64,000 nucleotides of DNA from Lytechinus pictus. Lineage: Eukaryota. The notes below the pieces were generated by a model. That model was not told the origin of the DNA and ran no database searches. It saw only the letters and a program-made list of their open reading frames with translations. Position numbers and translations under genes: made by a program. Position 1 is the first letter of the stretch, and every line of letters starts with the position of its first letter. The stretch is taken from assembly GCF_037042905.1 (NCBI RefSeq), contig NC_087251.1, positions 40,612,001 to 40,676,000 of the forward strand. The letters are read 5' to 3'. Positions 14,356 through 28,509 of this stretch are shown in pieces.

Positions 14356-14888
14356 TTAAGGTTTCTTTCTATTTGTGGAAAAGAGCTTATCTGGTCGCTA
14401 ATCACACTCGTCTTGGAGTGGGACGAACTCATTTTCGAGGGAGATTTGCATCTGTCTACAGTGGTTTTTACCTCTTTTGGAATGAAAGTGTCTAAAAGGA
14501 GGCACAGTTCACTCCTGAATGAGCTATAATTCACTCTATTGGACAGCACAGTTCACTTCAAAGGGACTGGTCCCTACTATCACTCCAAGAAAAGGGCGAT
14601 TAGGAATACAGATTCATTTTTTAAAATTTAGAATGTTGCAAATGGGTGGATGTCGTAATTAAGAATCCAAAACTGGTTTGGATGCCTGAGAGTCCTAGCC
14701 AAGCGCCAGTGGTCTACCGGGAAAACCTCATCAGGAGGGACAAACATTTTCTGACAAGTCAAAAGGGGGTCATAAAAAATCTGAAATTTTGTCTGCGGGG
14801 GCATCCAACCCCTTCTCGGCACACTATTGCCAAGCGTTCTAGTTAATAGATTGTTTTTGGGGGTCGAGGGGTCACAGTTTCATAATAG

Positions 14889-15285
14889 AAGACAAGTTCA
14901 TCCTAATAAAATGTTTATTTGAATAAAAAGAGAAAAATCAAACGTTACATTTCAATGTTTCGTTTGAGGGGACTGATGACACCACCCAATCATAACTTCG
15001 TTTGTATGTAATATTACATACAATGTAATACATACTATGTAATATTTTAATTTTCTCCTCACTGTCATGTGAAACAAAGTCTTATTCCTCCATGACCATA
15101 TTGCATTACCAATGTTTTATCATTTTGTGGTTTAGTCAAGTTGGTCCTTATTGTCAAATCTGTTAAAGTTGAGATAATGTATAATATAAACATTTAAAAA
15201 CAAAGGAAATAGTGAGTGGGGGACATGCTTGTTTGATTTTGCTCTATTGATTCAAATCAACATTTTACTTGAGTGGATTTGACCT
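14889..15285. mobile_element. Kolobok-like MITE K1, degenerate
   Basis: Ends GTGGATTTGACCT|TTAA; internal homology to 367-943. Confidence 0.65.
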
Positions 15286-15724
15286 TTAAATCATTAAGAT
15301 TCTGTGCATATCATTTTGCGGCGTGCCAAAGAATGATTTCATTCCACCTGTCAAGAATAATATCGAGAGAGAGAATGTGAGTCACATACATTTATGAAAA
15401 TATCAGTTTCAATCGTGCTGCTAAACAAAGTATCACATTATATTCATAGAAAGTATTTTTGATTATTGAAAACCGAGAAAATATTTTTTAAATATATTTG
15501 TTTTAACCTCCGGTTCTTGTGATGTGAAATATATGACCGGCGACCAACCGGGATCCATTCCCTGCCAAAATCGTCAATCCGATGGTCGATGGTCGACATT
15601 TTTATGGCCTGATTCAAAATTAAACAGTGAAAGAGTGGGGTGTGATTTTTCTTTTCCAGAGCGTTCGATTTGTTTCCATTGTCGTGACAGACGTCCTTTA
15701 TAAACTGCAAATAATCATGATTAC

Positions 15725-16263
15725 TTAAAGAAAAATCACACAAGCATAACACTAAAAATTTCATCAAAATTGTATGTAATATAAGAAAGTAATGACATTT
15801 TAAACTTTTGCTTATTTTTCACAAAACAGTTATATGCACAACTCAGTAATATGCAAATGAGAGTCGATGATGTCCCTCACTCATTATTTCTTTTGTTTTT
15901 TATTGATTGAATTATACAATATTTCATTTTTTTTTATACAGATTTGACAATAGTGGTCAATGTGACTGAACCACAAAATGATAATTCCACATGTTCAGGG
16001 AGGAATATAACTTTATCTTACATTGTAATGAGGAGAAAATTAAAATATTTCATATCATAAAATACAAAATAAATAGTTAATGGGTGATGTCATCAGTTCC
16101 CTCATTTGCATACCGACCGGGATGTGCATAAATATATTGTGAAATTAAGCGAATTTTTTAAAATGTCATAACTTTCTTATTTTACATCCGATTTTGATGA
16201 AATTTTCGGTGTTATTCTTGTTGGATTTTTCTTTTTATTCAAATCTGTTTTTTGTTGGGTGGA
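15725..16263. mobile_element. Kolobok-like MITE K1, termini eroded
   Basis: Internal sequence collinear with 32257-32832. Confidence 0.65.
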
Positions 16264-16441
16264 ACCAGGGGGCTGTGGAGGGGCTTCGGCACCCCTGATT
16301 TTCAATGAACGTGTACACAAACATACGAAATGACCACCTCACAGGTTTTTTTTTGGGGGGGCATGGTCAGAACTACCCCCTCTCCTCCTTCCGAAACTGT
16401 TGCAAGGCCCCATTATGCCATTACGCAACAAGAGTACACTC

Positions 16442-16674
16442 CACTAGCGTACCTACGGGGGGGGGGCAGAGGTGGCAGTCTGCCCCCCCTGACGAGCTAC
16501 AACCCATGCAAAGGACGTATCCCTGCCCCCCCTGACAAGCTTGAAGACCTTTATTGCCTCCCCTGCTTGTCCAATTTTTTTCTTGTACAAAAAGACCTTT
16601 GTTTTTTTTTTTTTTTTTTTTTTTTTTGCTTGTCAAATTTTTCTTGTACAAAATCCTTCATTTGTGATTGAAGA

Positions 16675-16709
<35 letters not shown>

Positions 16710-16772
16710 TGTCAAATTTTTTGGCGGACGGTTTTGCCCCCCCCCCTGTGAAAAATCCCAGGTACGCCACTG
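16442..16772. mobile_element. hAT-like MITE (family of 9583-10015)
   Basis: CACTAGCGTACCT / AGGTACGCCACTG; perfect 8-bp TSD GTACACTC (16434-16441, 16773-16780). Confidence 0.9.
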
Positions 16773-17504
16773 GTACACTCCCATCGCTGTCAACGCTAAA
16801 CAAGATGTTAAACTATTTCTACGGCTAGTAATTTCACATTTCCAGATTATACATTGAAAATTGATGGAATTGCTCAGATGCAGCATTTGAAATGATGACA
16901 ATAAATCCATGATTTAAAACTCTTATACTTGACAAGCCATGCTTTTAATCAACAGCTTGGACTCCTGGCAAAGCACATCATATCGGAAAATGTGGTGACG
17001 TAATATACAGATATCAAATAAAGTTCTTAATTTGCATATTAGTGTGGCATCACGAAAAGTAAGTCGGGTAAGTTTTAACCATCGAATAATTTTCTCAGAA
17101 GTAAGGAGTTTTAGACATATTGAAAATCAGAAACTTTGTTCCGAAGCCGATTACTTAAAATCCAAGATTATGAAAGAGAAATGCTGCAAGGTCATGAAGG
17201 TGTGATGCTGTGAGGTGTGCATGCCCTCGTGAACTAGCGGTATCACTGGTAGTGAAAAGTCACTTATCACTTGAAAAAATAATATATTGTGTAGTTTGTT
17301 TGCCTTCGTGTTTCTTGTATTGATATTAATTAGATCCCCTCTTTGCCATTTAAAAAGCCTCATATTCCAAAGCTTCAAGGGGCTCCGCCCCCTCGAGCCC
17401 ACCAGGGGCCCCTCAACAATATTTCGCTCGTTAGCGCTATAGTGGAGCAGTACAGATTCTCAACAAGAAATGTGGAGCTTCAACAAAAGTAATTGAGAAT
17501 GACT

Positions 17505-17638
17505 GGTCTAGGAAGTATAATTGTCTTCACCATCGATGAATCAGGAAACATACAACTTTGAAAAAATTGACACTTTTGGCTTCCCATAATTTTAGCACAG
17601 ATTTAGACCATGGTCTAAGTTTAGCCTAAATACGGGCC
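17505..17638. mobile_element. Partial inverted copy of the Harbinger-like MITE at 24114-24418
   Basis: Shares TTAGACCATGGTCTAA, GTCTTCACCATCGATGAATCAGG and a ..TACGGGCC terminus. Confidence 0.6.
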
Positions 17639-18217
17639 ATTATGTTTATTAGCCCAAGCTGTTTAGAAACTCCATAGTCGTATAGCAAGAGCATGGGGGT
17701 GGGGGTATCCCTACATGAAATAGACAATTAAGTGTATCCTCAAGTCTTTGAAGAACTTACAATCAATATTAACAAATATATTTCTTATATCTCTTCATAC
17801 GTTCCACCCCTAAATTTTTGGGCAATATGTAATTTACAAAATTGCCGGCAAAATTGACGCGTATGTCCTCTTATGTATTTTAGTCACCACAGTCACATCA
17901 ATTTTGTACTGATTATTTTTCGATCAAAATCTTGAATTTTGTTTGCATCATACAAATTTGCTATTTTCAAGCAAAACTGTTATATTATTTTATTCTTAAT
18001 CATAGGCCCATTAATCAAATATGACGGTTTTTTTTTTTTTTTCAGATAATATTAAATGACATCCGTCTATACACAGTCAGGCATGTTTGCGATTGAGTAA
18101 TATTCGATAATGAAGATTGGATTAGGTCCAAAACGAGGATTATATTTTTAATTAGAGGGAGGTTCAACCCCCGCCTCAAGAATAATAAATAGGCCCTTCA
18201 TGTTATGTATATATTAA

Positions 18218-18612
18218 AGGACAAGTTCACCCCCAACAAAAAGTTGATTTGAATAGGAAAACAGAAATCCAACAAACATAATACTGAAAATTTCATCAAA
18301 ATCGGATGTAAAATAAGAAAGTTATGCCATTTTAAAGTTTCGCTTAATTTCACAAAATAGTTATATGTGCATCCTGGTCGGTATGCAAATGAAGAGACTG
18401 ATGACGTCATCCCCTCACTATTTCTTTTGTATTTCATTATGTGAAATATGAAATATTCTAATTTTCTCCCCATTATTGCGAAAAATAAACAAAACTTTCA
18501 AATGTCATAACTTTCTTATTTTACATCCGATTTGATGAAATTTTCAGCGTTATGCTAGTTTGATTTTTCTCTATTTATTCAAATCTACACTTTTCTGGAG
18601 TGGACTTGACCT
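18218..18612. mobile_element. Kolobok-like MITE K1, internally deleted
   Basis: TTAA TSD on both sides (18214-18217, 18613-18616); AGG..CCT termini. Confidence 0.85.
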
Positions 18613-19917
18613 TTAATATTGTTCTCAAAGCATGGTGTAGGTGTACCCCTTTTTGACGCACTTCATGGTTCCTGCTGATATAGAATGGTTCCACAGGTTG
18701 ACATTAAATTTGTTAGTTAGTTTTATCTCATAAAAAAAAACAGGTCATATTTTCCGTTTCGACGCGTCAGCAATCAAAGATAATTATAATGTATAGGCCT
18801 ACCATTGTATGAACCTATTATGCTCAAAATAATTTCGTTGTAAGTCAATCCATTCTGTTGCATTGCATTTTGACCTTTTTGTTTATTCCATGATGCTTTT
18901 AAACGAATTGCTTTGTTTTTCTTCTTAAACAGGCATCCTGCATTTAATATTGAACTATTGAAAAATGTTTTCGAACACTTGACTTGCTCTGGGTACTTTA
19001 TAATGTCTTAATCGATTCCTTCAGATGTAGCTTCTGTGGCGTCACGGAGAGTGATGCTTTTATTTATTTTATTTTGTGCTTGCCTGCCGTAGCTATAGCA
19101 TACTATATCAGATTATAAAACCACTCGGCGAATTGAAATCCCAAATTCATTACGGCTCTCAAATTACAGCCTTCGTTTTCACCGCTATTCGTCATCGTCG
19201 AACTTGGAGAGTTGGCTTACTTCTGCTACAATCCTTTTCCCTATGGCTTTCACCCCTCCAGTCAACTGCAATAGTCCCGGATAATCAATTACGCGTCCTG
19301 TTTTCTACTCGACTCACCCGATAGGTAAGCCATGGTAAGATCGTCCAATGCTCGACTGATTACCACGGTGCATTAGCGAGTCGAAGCTTAGGGTTCTACG
19401 CCAGGACAGCCGGTGTAAACTCACATTACCTTTATGTCACATTTATCACAGAACCGAATTGAGTCGAATCTTGTGCCCCATTACGTTTTTGAAGTCGAGA
19501 AACAATAATTTTCGCCCGGCCAAAGAAGATGGATTTTTAGGATTTAAGTAGATATATTTCATTTCCGAAAAAAAAAAGAATTAAAATGTGAAAGGACGGG
19601 TCATTGGTCCGTAAGTGTAGATCAGTATCTAAAAATAAACATTCCTAAGAAAGGAGTAGAACATCTTTCTCCTAATGATATACCATTAAGTTTAACATGA
19701 TCAAAGTGATAAAAAAATCATTTGGTTTATTGCCTTTCAACATTTACAGAAGACTATCCCCCCCCCCCTTTCGCGTCACATTTCCCCTTTCTCTTTCTTT
19801 ATTGTTGTGGGGCGTTTTTTACCCCATTGTCTAATTTTCTGCTTCATTTTCTCTCTCTCTCAATTTGTTTTTGTTCAATATTTGTTGTTGTTTAATGAGT
19901 CTTTATAGTGAGAAAGT

Positions 19918-20218
19918 GGAGCGTTGTGGCCCAGTGGATTAGTCTTCTGACTTTGAAACAGAGGGTCGTGGGTTCGAATCCCAGCCATGGCGTAATTTCC
20001 TTCAGCAAGAAATTTATCCACATTTTGCTGCACTCAATCCAGGTGAGGTGAATGGGTACCCGGTAGAAAGAAATTCCTTGGAATGTTTGGGCGCCTAGGC
20101 AGCCCAGCTACAGCCGGGGTAATAATAATAGCAGGGCCCGCTGGGAGAACAGTTTTCAGAACTGAAGTGGCTTCCCTGGGTAAATATACATATGTTATTA
20201 TTAACATAATTATTATAA
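19918..20218 (+). mobile_element. Full-length tRNA-derived SINE (CORE-like middle)
   Basis: TGGCCCAGTGG A-box, GGTTCGAATCC B-box; tail CAGGGCCCGCTGG..ACTGAAGTGGCT shared with 7544-7809; (TTA)n end. Confidence 0.8.
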
Positions 20219-20234
20219 TCAATATTGTATTTGT

Positions 20235-20560
20235 ACTTTATTGCATTTTATTTATATAATCACGGACAAAAAGCCCGCTTTCAGCTAAAAGCTCTTTTAC
20301 AGCAAGGCCGTGAACGAATGCAAATAATACAATAATGAAAATATTTACAAAAAAATAAGGACGAAAGCATACAACAAAACATAAAAATAATAAAACGATT
20401 AGCAAAAGCAAAATTGAAGTAAACAAAAATGAAAAGTAAAGAAACGGAATAATATACAAAGTAATATCAAATTCAAAATTAATAAAAACAAAAATGAGGG
20501 TAAGTTGATTAATATAATACAGCATCTACGGAGGTGGTCAGTATATAGGGGGGTAATTGG
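20235..20560 (-). mobile_element. Probable LINE 3'UTR remnant
   Basis: T-rich minus strand ending in a stem-loop-like GGCCTTGCTGTAAAAGAGCTTTTAGCTGAAAGCGGGC and AATAAA. Confidence 0.4.
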
Positions 20561-21366
20561 TTTCAGATAGTGATATGAGACGTGCAAATGTACACGGGTT
20601 TATTATCTATCTCAGGGAATATACAAAAAGTAAAATTTGGCTGGACCTTCTCCTCCATTCTCCTCTCAATCTCTTTTCATTCCTTACCATGCTCAACAAT
20701 TAACTTTCATACATTGTTTCGGCTATGTAGAAATGAAATTTCCAGTTCATATTATTTATTTAAAATGAAAAGAAATTTGCTTCATAATGTTAGGGGGTAA
20801 CCCGTGCATCCCAGTCGTGCTTCGACGATAAATCAAATATGCACATTGATGAAGCAGTTCATAATACTCTCCTCTGGAAATGGAGAATATTGGACCGACG
20901 AAGGGATTCTCCTAATATTGCTTTTCCATGTTGCATCGATGGAGCATAATTGGAAAATGCACTAGAAACTGTTTGTTGGATTGAAATTAAATCAATCTTT
21001 CTAGATCATGTAGACGGTTCTCGATAAAAATATCCAAGCTACCCTCTTAACTTAACATGCATGTATATATCACGTTTGTATATCCACCTTGGAAGTATGT
21101 CGTGAAATATAGACCATTACTTTATGTTACATGGTTTAAACATATGGATGTCACCGATCCCAAGTCCTGTCTTTTTTACATACTCTAAAGATGTTCCAAT
21201 TGTTTATATAATAATTTCAAAAAGGGGTATTTTTAAGTTCTTTTAAGCATTCAATATCGTTAGAACGCCATCATCTGTTCAAACATATAAATTAGCCTAA
21301 TCCTGCTAATATAGTAACCTTTATATATTTTTTTAATTGAAATGATTTTCTTATCTCCGTAGTTTT

Positions 21367-23035
21367 AAGGGAGGTTCACCCTTACGTAAAGTTGGTTTGA
21401 ATTCAAGCAGAAAAAACACGAAATTATACCTGGTGAAGGTTTGGGAAAATCCATTGAATATCAACGGAGGTATGTATTTCTTAATGTTGATTTTGAAACG
21501 TCAAATACGAGCAACAGAACTCCCCCATGAAGTAAATTGTATGTTACATCAACTTCTCAGAAAATTGAAAATGAGTTTACTTTCATGAGCATGCGATCTT
21601 TCATCTGATGATGATTTTATGATTCTCACGCTTTTGAAAAGTATATTCCCTATACGCATGTAACATAATTTAGTTAGGGCTTGTATCAGCTATTTTGAAT
21701 GTCAAAATACAGTATTTATCACTAACATGGCAGAAGAAATGCTATATTTCATAAAAATCATGTTTTCAAATAATGTTTTATCATACAACAGGATTTTATG
21801 GATTTCATAATCAAGTAAATCCAAATTCTCACAAAACTACATTGTAGATAATACTGTTAGGGCCTATAGGGGCCATTTTGAATTTCAAAATACAGCATTT
21901 ATCTCATGCATGACAAAAGAAATGATGTGTTTCACTAGAAAACATGTTTTCAGACATTATTTTACTCGGTGATCACAATTACATGCATTTTATAGTTCTT
22001 ACTCCTGTGAAAATTAATTTCTCCAATCGCATTGTACATAATGTATAATGGGCCTATGGCGGCCATTTTGAATGTCAAAATACAGCATTCATCACATAAA
22101 TTGCATTTATATTTCGTTAAAAATTATGTTTTTAGCCAGTATTCCACTCGCTTATCTTAATACTAGTAATATGCATTCACTCTTGTGATTTTCTTTTGTC
22201 CCCATTAACATTGTACATAATACTGTCAGGGCATTTGGTGGCTTTTTGAATACTGAAATACTTCATTTATTACATACATGACATAACAAATTATACATTT
22301 CGTTAGCAATCATGTTTTCATCCATTACTTGCATGTAGTGCTCACTTTGGTGAAATTTAGTTTTCCCCATTCATATTGTACATAATATAGAATACAGGGG
22401 GTCTATGGTCTATGGCGGCCATTTTGAATATCTAGAAAATAATTTTTTTGTCAAAAATCGCATTTTTTTCCAGAGAGTATTTCACTCCTGCAACACAAAT
22501 ACATACATTTTATAACCAATGTGCGGGCAATTTTTTAATGATTTTCATGGGTAATTTGCATATTTTGGCGGCCATATTGGATTTTGCCAATTTGCGGAAA
22601 ATGCTCAAGGTTTCACGAGTGGCATCATTCAGATTCGTAATCAGCACCCTCGAATTGACAAGAAACCATAACAAAATATTGTATATATGAAAAAACAAGG
22701 TTTGGTCAATTTTCTATGGGGCCTATCCTGAGGCTGAGGCTTGTGGCGGGATACGCCTATAGACAAAAAAAAATACAATAAACAATGTTTCTAAGCGTTT
22801 ATTATAATTATACCCGCTATAATAAGGAATATTTGAGTCATCATGAACCATTTAAAAATGGAAATTCCTGGAATTTATTTTCCATGCTTTATAAGGCAGT
22901 TGCTCATCTATGACGTCACAGATTAAAACAACTTGTATTCATTCTTTGATGGGTTATCATTAATTCTTTTCCAAATATTTCCCTTTAAGTTTTCTGCTTT
23001 TTAAAACCTCTATCTTAAGGATGAAATCCCTTTTA
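21367..23035. mobile_element. Old Kolobok-like element with degenerate ~150-bp TIRs and a nested repeat array
   Basis: Start TTAAGGGAGGTTCACCCTTA aligns with the reverse complement of the end TAAGGATGAAATCCCTTTTA; both arms share AAGCAGAAAA and ACGTCA..GAGCAAC. Confidence 0.45.
21650..22730. mobile_element. DNA-transposon terminus with ~180-bp tandem repeats (possibly Academ-like)
   Basis: Five units with (GGCG)GCCATTTTGAAT near 21690, 21870, 22058, 22237, 22413; terminal GAAAATGCTCAAGG..GTGGCATC..CAGATTC; superfamily from recollection only. Confidence 0.45.
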
Positions 23036-23718
23036 TTAAATCCGCATTTCTCCCAATCCTTGCCATGTGTACTTGTGAATTGTCATGCAAACGCAGGTAT
23101 TTCGTCAAAGAAATGAATATCTTACAAAGAACCAAAATATACTGTTTAATGTCGATTTGCGTTTAGAATTCAAGAATGACACTAAATTCCAGATTAAAAT
23201 TAACCTGCAACCTTTCATTCATTCATTATTTCACATTTTTTCCACTTAAAGAAAATTTCATACGAAATCAATTTGTCACAAAAAATTAAATATTCACAAA
23301 GTTTGCTTACAGAAAGTCCCTAAAGGCTTGTTAAAGGATATGCCTCTATAACACACACACAATTTTCTTTTATTGAAGTGCTTTCAATTCATAGCATGTA
23401 TAGACGCAATGTTTTATTAAACTGTGTGTTTTCAAGTGGTAGGCCTATGTAGCGTATACCTTTATTATCGGTATATAATTATATGGATTTAGGATTTGTT
23501 GAATAAACAGAGGCATTTCATAGAAAGATTTAGATACTAGTGGTTTTCTCCTATGCACATTCAAATGTGCATAGGCGAAAGAAAATTCTGCCCTTTGGTT
23601 TTGATGCAATAAATTGTATTAGAAATGAATTCTGACGTTAGGATTGGCATCATGTAATAGATAGTGACATTCATCTCATGGTCATGTTAAAGTATATTCC
23701 ATTCAGTCTTATATGACA

Positions 23719-24008
23719 CAGTCACACCAACGAAACCGATTCCAGACCGATCAAAGCTATTACATTATTTCCGATGGTATACCATCGGTCGGTTTGGAGT
23801 CGGTTTCGGTTACAGTCACACCAACGAAACCGACTCCAGACCGATCAAATCTATTACGTTATTTCCGATGGTATATCATCGGTCGGTTTGGAATCGGTTT
23901 CGGTTACAGTCACACCAACGAAACCGATTCCAGACCGATCAAAGCTATTACATTATTTCCAATAGTATATCATCGGTCGGTTTGGAGTCGGTTTCATTGA
24001 CCTGACTG
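23719..24008. mobile_element. CAGT..ACTG MITE made of three 94-bp palindromic units
   Basis: Units at 23718, 23812, 23906; each has GAAACCGA(T/C)TCCAGACCGA ... TCGGTTTGGA(G/A)TCGGTTTC. Confidence 0.75.
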
Positions 24009-24113
24009 TAGTATTAAACACGAATACAACAATGCTAAATGGTGATTGAAGTTGAATGAAAAGTAACAGAAAACGAATGCTAGCATATATAGTCCTGCCG
24101 AAAAGATCACACT

Positions 24114-24418
24114 GGCCCGCATTCTGAAGTCAGGTTTAACTTAGACCATGGTCTAACTCTGTTATGGGAAGCCAAAAGTGTCAAAATTTTTATTAAGTTT
24201 TACGTTTCTTATGTTTACTGTGCTCTTTCCTGATTCATCGATGGTGAAGACAATCATCTATTCATACTTCCTAGACAATATTATGAATGATTTGAGAGCC
24301 AAATGAGCTGAAATATGATATATATACCATTAGAGATTTATGTAACAATTGGCTATCCATACTTAAACCACAACCTTAAACCTGAGTTTAAGTTAAACCT
24401 GACTTTAGAATACGGGCC
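24114..24418. mobile_element. PIF/Harbinger-like MITE
   Basis: TIR GGCCCGCATTCTGAAGTCAGGTTTAACTTA / TAAGTTAAACCTGACTTTAGAATACGGGCC; 3-bp TSD ACT. Confidence 0.85.
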
Positions 24419-27400
24419 ACTATCACCATAGGATGTAACGTGGTCTTATAAACTGTTTTTTTTTTTTTTTTATATATATATAGTAAATTCAATGTTTCCA
24501 ATTGGAAAACTTTTTTTTTCAACGTGTGGTACAAGGTGTATGTACACTTATAACACCATCTCATACACTATAGCGGATTGGCTTATAATTATATTAACAG
24601 TGTGAACATTCCCACACCTTGGCTACAGTTTGGTGACTACGGTCACATTGATTTCATGTCATAAAACATGAAGAAATATATAACAATCTTTAACCCTCTC
24701 GTTTATTTCTCGGTTATCTCTTTTCCAAAACAATGTAATGATCTCTGTAACAAGGTCAATTTAATTCCTATTGAATTATGAACTTTTTAGATGACACTGT
24801 CGATTGAGTTGTGTTCTCATGCGTGGGGAGTGACTATAAAAAACACAAGACGCATCTCTCACCTCAATATAGAACTCATAATATATATAAGGCCTTAAAG
24901 TGTCATGCTGTCACAGCATAAGGGACATAGATACTTAAAGAATAAGACTTACACGTTTTAGATATCACGGTATCACTCACTATGCGTTACCCGTGCAATA
25001 GTCATAACTTGACGAGTTTATTTTTAACAGTAAGGGACAACAATACATCGCGGAGTATAGGTAGCTATCTAGGGTAGATAGTAAGACAGTCGCTGCACGG
25101 TGGTTGTGCAAAAGAGAATCGGGGTAAGTTTCCTGTACGTAGATGGCTAAATAATATTTACAGGATATTCTCGTTCTGAACTCATGACTCCAATACACCC
25201 AACCACCCAAATTATGGACATCTCCTTTCCCTCTCTTTCAAGGTGAACCGCTGATGGTATAGGTGTCTGTAAATAACACTCAATGTAGACAATCAAACTC
25301 AATTTCCTCCCTCTCTCTCTCATTATAATTGTGTTTTGACTAGACGGATCGTGGTTGCGTGATGTTGTACACATGGCAGAAAGGGGAATGGATTATTGTG
25401 CCAGAGTTAATGCTTTTAGATGATGGTGGAAGTCGTGATGGATTAATGTGAACTCATATGATTTGTTAAATTTCTCTCAAAAGATTAATCGATTTGTTCA
25501 TAACATTACCACCCCCAGAATCAATGAAAACAAGATTCGTGTACAATTCATAAATTTTTTTTTTATATACCCAATAGTTCTTAAAAAAGTAATGTTTTAT
25601 GTTTTAATTCATCGAGACACGTGTTCATTTACAGACCGTCATATATGTGGTAACTTCTACTGGATTGGGTGGTAATTGCGAATCAGGATTAATAAGGTAT
25701 CTGAGGAGACATGAAACACCAACATGAGGAGACGGATGAGAGAAACAAGGTCGAGATCGTAAAGAAGATTGAGAGAAGATGAAAGATGAAAGGGGTCAAT
25801 TAGGCGAAAAAATTAAAGTAAGATAAAACTGCAAGGCATTCGAAGTGTAACAGAAGATGTAACCTAACCATTGTCAAAAAGGAGTGATGACTAAGTGGAA
25901 CCATACGGGGTATCAAAATCAACCATTTTATCAAAACAACTCTATCAGCAAGGGTGAGGGAAATCTTCTTCTCTTTTTTCTTCTTCCGTTTTTACCCTGG
26001 TATGTATCGCTATTACCTCATGTACTTTCACATTTGAACACCCTTTTAGCTCCTCCAAGCCGATGGTAGGTCCGTTTTTCACCCATATAATATGGAGTTT
26101 ATTATCGTACCCCGCCGAGGGTTTTCGTCACGGTGTTGACGTCTAAAGAGTACGCCTATTGATTCTGGTCAAAAGGAGAGAGAGGGTGGGAGAAGAAGGA
26201 AAGAGAAAAAAGAAAGAGAGAGAGGGAGAGAGAGAGAGTTTGAGAGAAGGGGGAAGAACATGGAATGCTTTCAAAATTCTCTCGTCTTTTAATTGACGAC
26301 ATTAACTTCGGAGAGTTGAAAGGGGCTCCCAAAAATCTATAGGGTAGCAATCAGTCTGATTGGTATCGCTTGGGGGCTGGCTATCTGCTAAAGTTTAATG
26401 ACATTACACGTCACGTTTTTAAGAAGACAATCCATGTACACCGCTACCTCCACCCCCCTCCCCTCTATACGTGCATGCAGACTAAATTATATAAACGGGA
26501 TTAGATTTATAATATTTTGCTTACCTCAACATGATCAACGGTAATTGTTCTTCTATAGCTGCATGTCTGCATCATTTCCATCACGGTTCAGAATTTATGG
26601 CAATCCTGATTTACGCTTACATTTCTATGAATAAATATTGGAATGAAAATGTATTAGAAGACCTAATCACACTACAAGCAGTGTCTCTCTGTGATTAATC
26701 TATGGCATTTAGCAAAATCAAATAATTCCTTTTTGTGACGGGTTTTGTCGCATATATCCAGCTATTTGAGATAATTAGAGATCATTTTCGTGACCAGGGA
26801 TCTTGAGAGTTTGGATCATTGTTTAATTGATTATAACATCCTCAGTTCTAGTTGATTTAACCAGAAAAGCAGAAAATTTCATTTAATTGTATTCAAAATA
26901 CCAAAGTTGTGGAATGTCACATAAGGTTTTGCTTCTTTTATTTATAATTCGATGTGCATGAAAAAATATATATAATTTATCTTCAGTATGCTGCAATTTG
27001 TTTTATTAATCCAGTTTCGATGAATTTTCACTGCCGTGCATGTTTGATTTAAAATCAATCCTAATTCGAATTGATTTGATGTCATCATCTTGGGCTGTAT
27101 TCGACTTTCAACTGCAGATCCTCTTATTTTTTTTCAAATATTTTTCGCCGGATGTAGACAGAAAATATAACTCTATTGATAAATTAAGTTAAATAATGCT
27201 AATTTGATACGAGGACAGATACATTTTCATTTTACATGTTCTACAGGTTTCTTGAGGATTTGTCATTTATATCATAAACCACTTTTCTGACGTTAATGTA
27301 CTCTTATGGAAAGGAACACTATTTTTTTTTTCATTTGAGATATTAAGATTTTTATCTAATCAACCTATTTTTAAATTTATGAATATTCTTTTTATCAACA

Positions 27401-28509
27401 TTCCTGCATTGCTGTCGTAACATGGTTCATTATTTATTGCAATTGTAGGGAAGTTGTAAAAGAGTCCTTTAATGCATTATTCTTGATTGTCAGTAAGACA
27501 AAATTTACTTTCAAATGGATTTTAACTTAATGTACAATCCTGTTTATTTGTTATTCAATAAATAATGTCCGACATTCCATCTTTGATGAATGTATTCATT
27601 TTGGGATCTGATTACAGTCTTGTTTGCATTCATTTTTAAAATTTCTCATATCGACTAGTTATTTATTTGACATTTAATAATGAAATTTGCTTTAAAAAAA
27701 CCAATAGCAATATTACCCCCCCCCCCCATCCTAGAAGATCCGTTCCGAAATGGCGCCGAAACAAACTTAACAACATGCGCATAACCGATCTTCAGTCTCC
27801 GTTCTTCATACTATAAACATAAAAAGAAGACCGAAGACGTTAAAAGGGACAGTTTTCTTAAAATCTGATGGTTCATGTTATTTGACTGAATAACTTAATC
27901 AAGAATTGATTGAATGTTCTCATTCGTTCGTTATAAATGTCGAATTGAATATTAGTCATCTTTGGTCTCTCGTCTACCGCTTCGGTCTTCCCCATTCGCG
28001 GTCTTCCGTCTTTGGTCAGATTCGGTCCTTGGTTTTGTGAACACCCAACGCCATGTGCACCCTTCATTACCCCTGCACCTTCCAAATACGTCTGAAGGGG
28101 AATGATCTTAATGGGCATCGGATCTATTCCCTTACATCCAAACTAGTCCTCTATTCTCTCATCGCGTTATGATAATGGCATCTAGGCTATTTCTTGACGC
28201 GTTTGTTTTTGTAAGGACAGCTAAGGATCTCATCACCAGTTCATCAGGGGATTGCATCCCAAGGAATATATACCGGAGGTTGGTTTTCTTTGTTTTCGAT
28301 CTTAGAGGTACGAGACAGAGATGAAGTCTCAGTTAAAGGTCGTTTTTATATGGGGACGCGTCATCTCTTATAGAAATAATGTACTTGTCAGAAGACGCGT
28401 GATTATGTATTTACTGGTATCCTATAATATTTATCAATATACATGATACAACCTCTCTCCTGATGGTTGTATTTTATCCACAAAGAGATAACATGTTGAA
28501 TCTGTCTCG

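Noticed and set aside
23718..24008. CRISPR-like palindromic repeat array (also considered for 53975-57200 and 58292-58660)
   Set aside because: Intervening sequences are repeated rather than unique spacers, there are no cas genes, and the context is eukaryotic
28050..28172. Hemicentin/VWA7-like exon (TFQIRLKGNDLNGHRIYSL)
   Set aside because: Short, bounded by stops, no convincing splice sites; the similarity is only impressionistic
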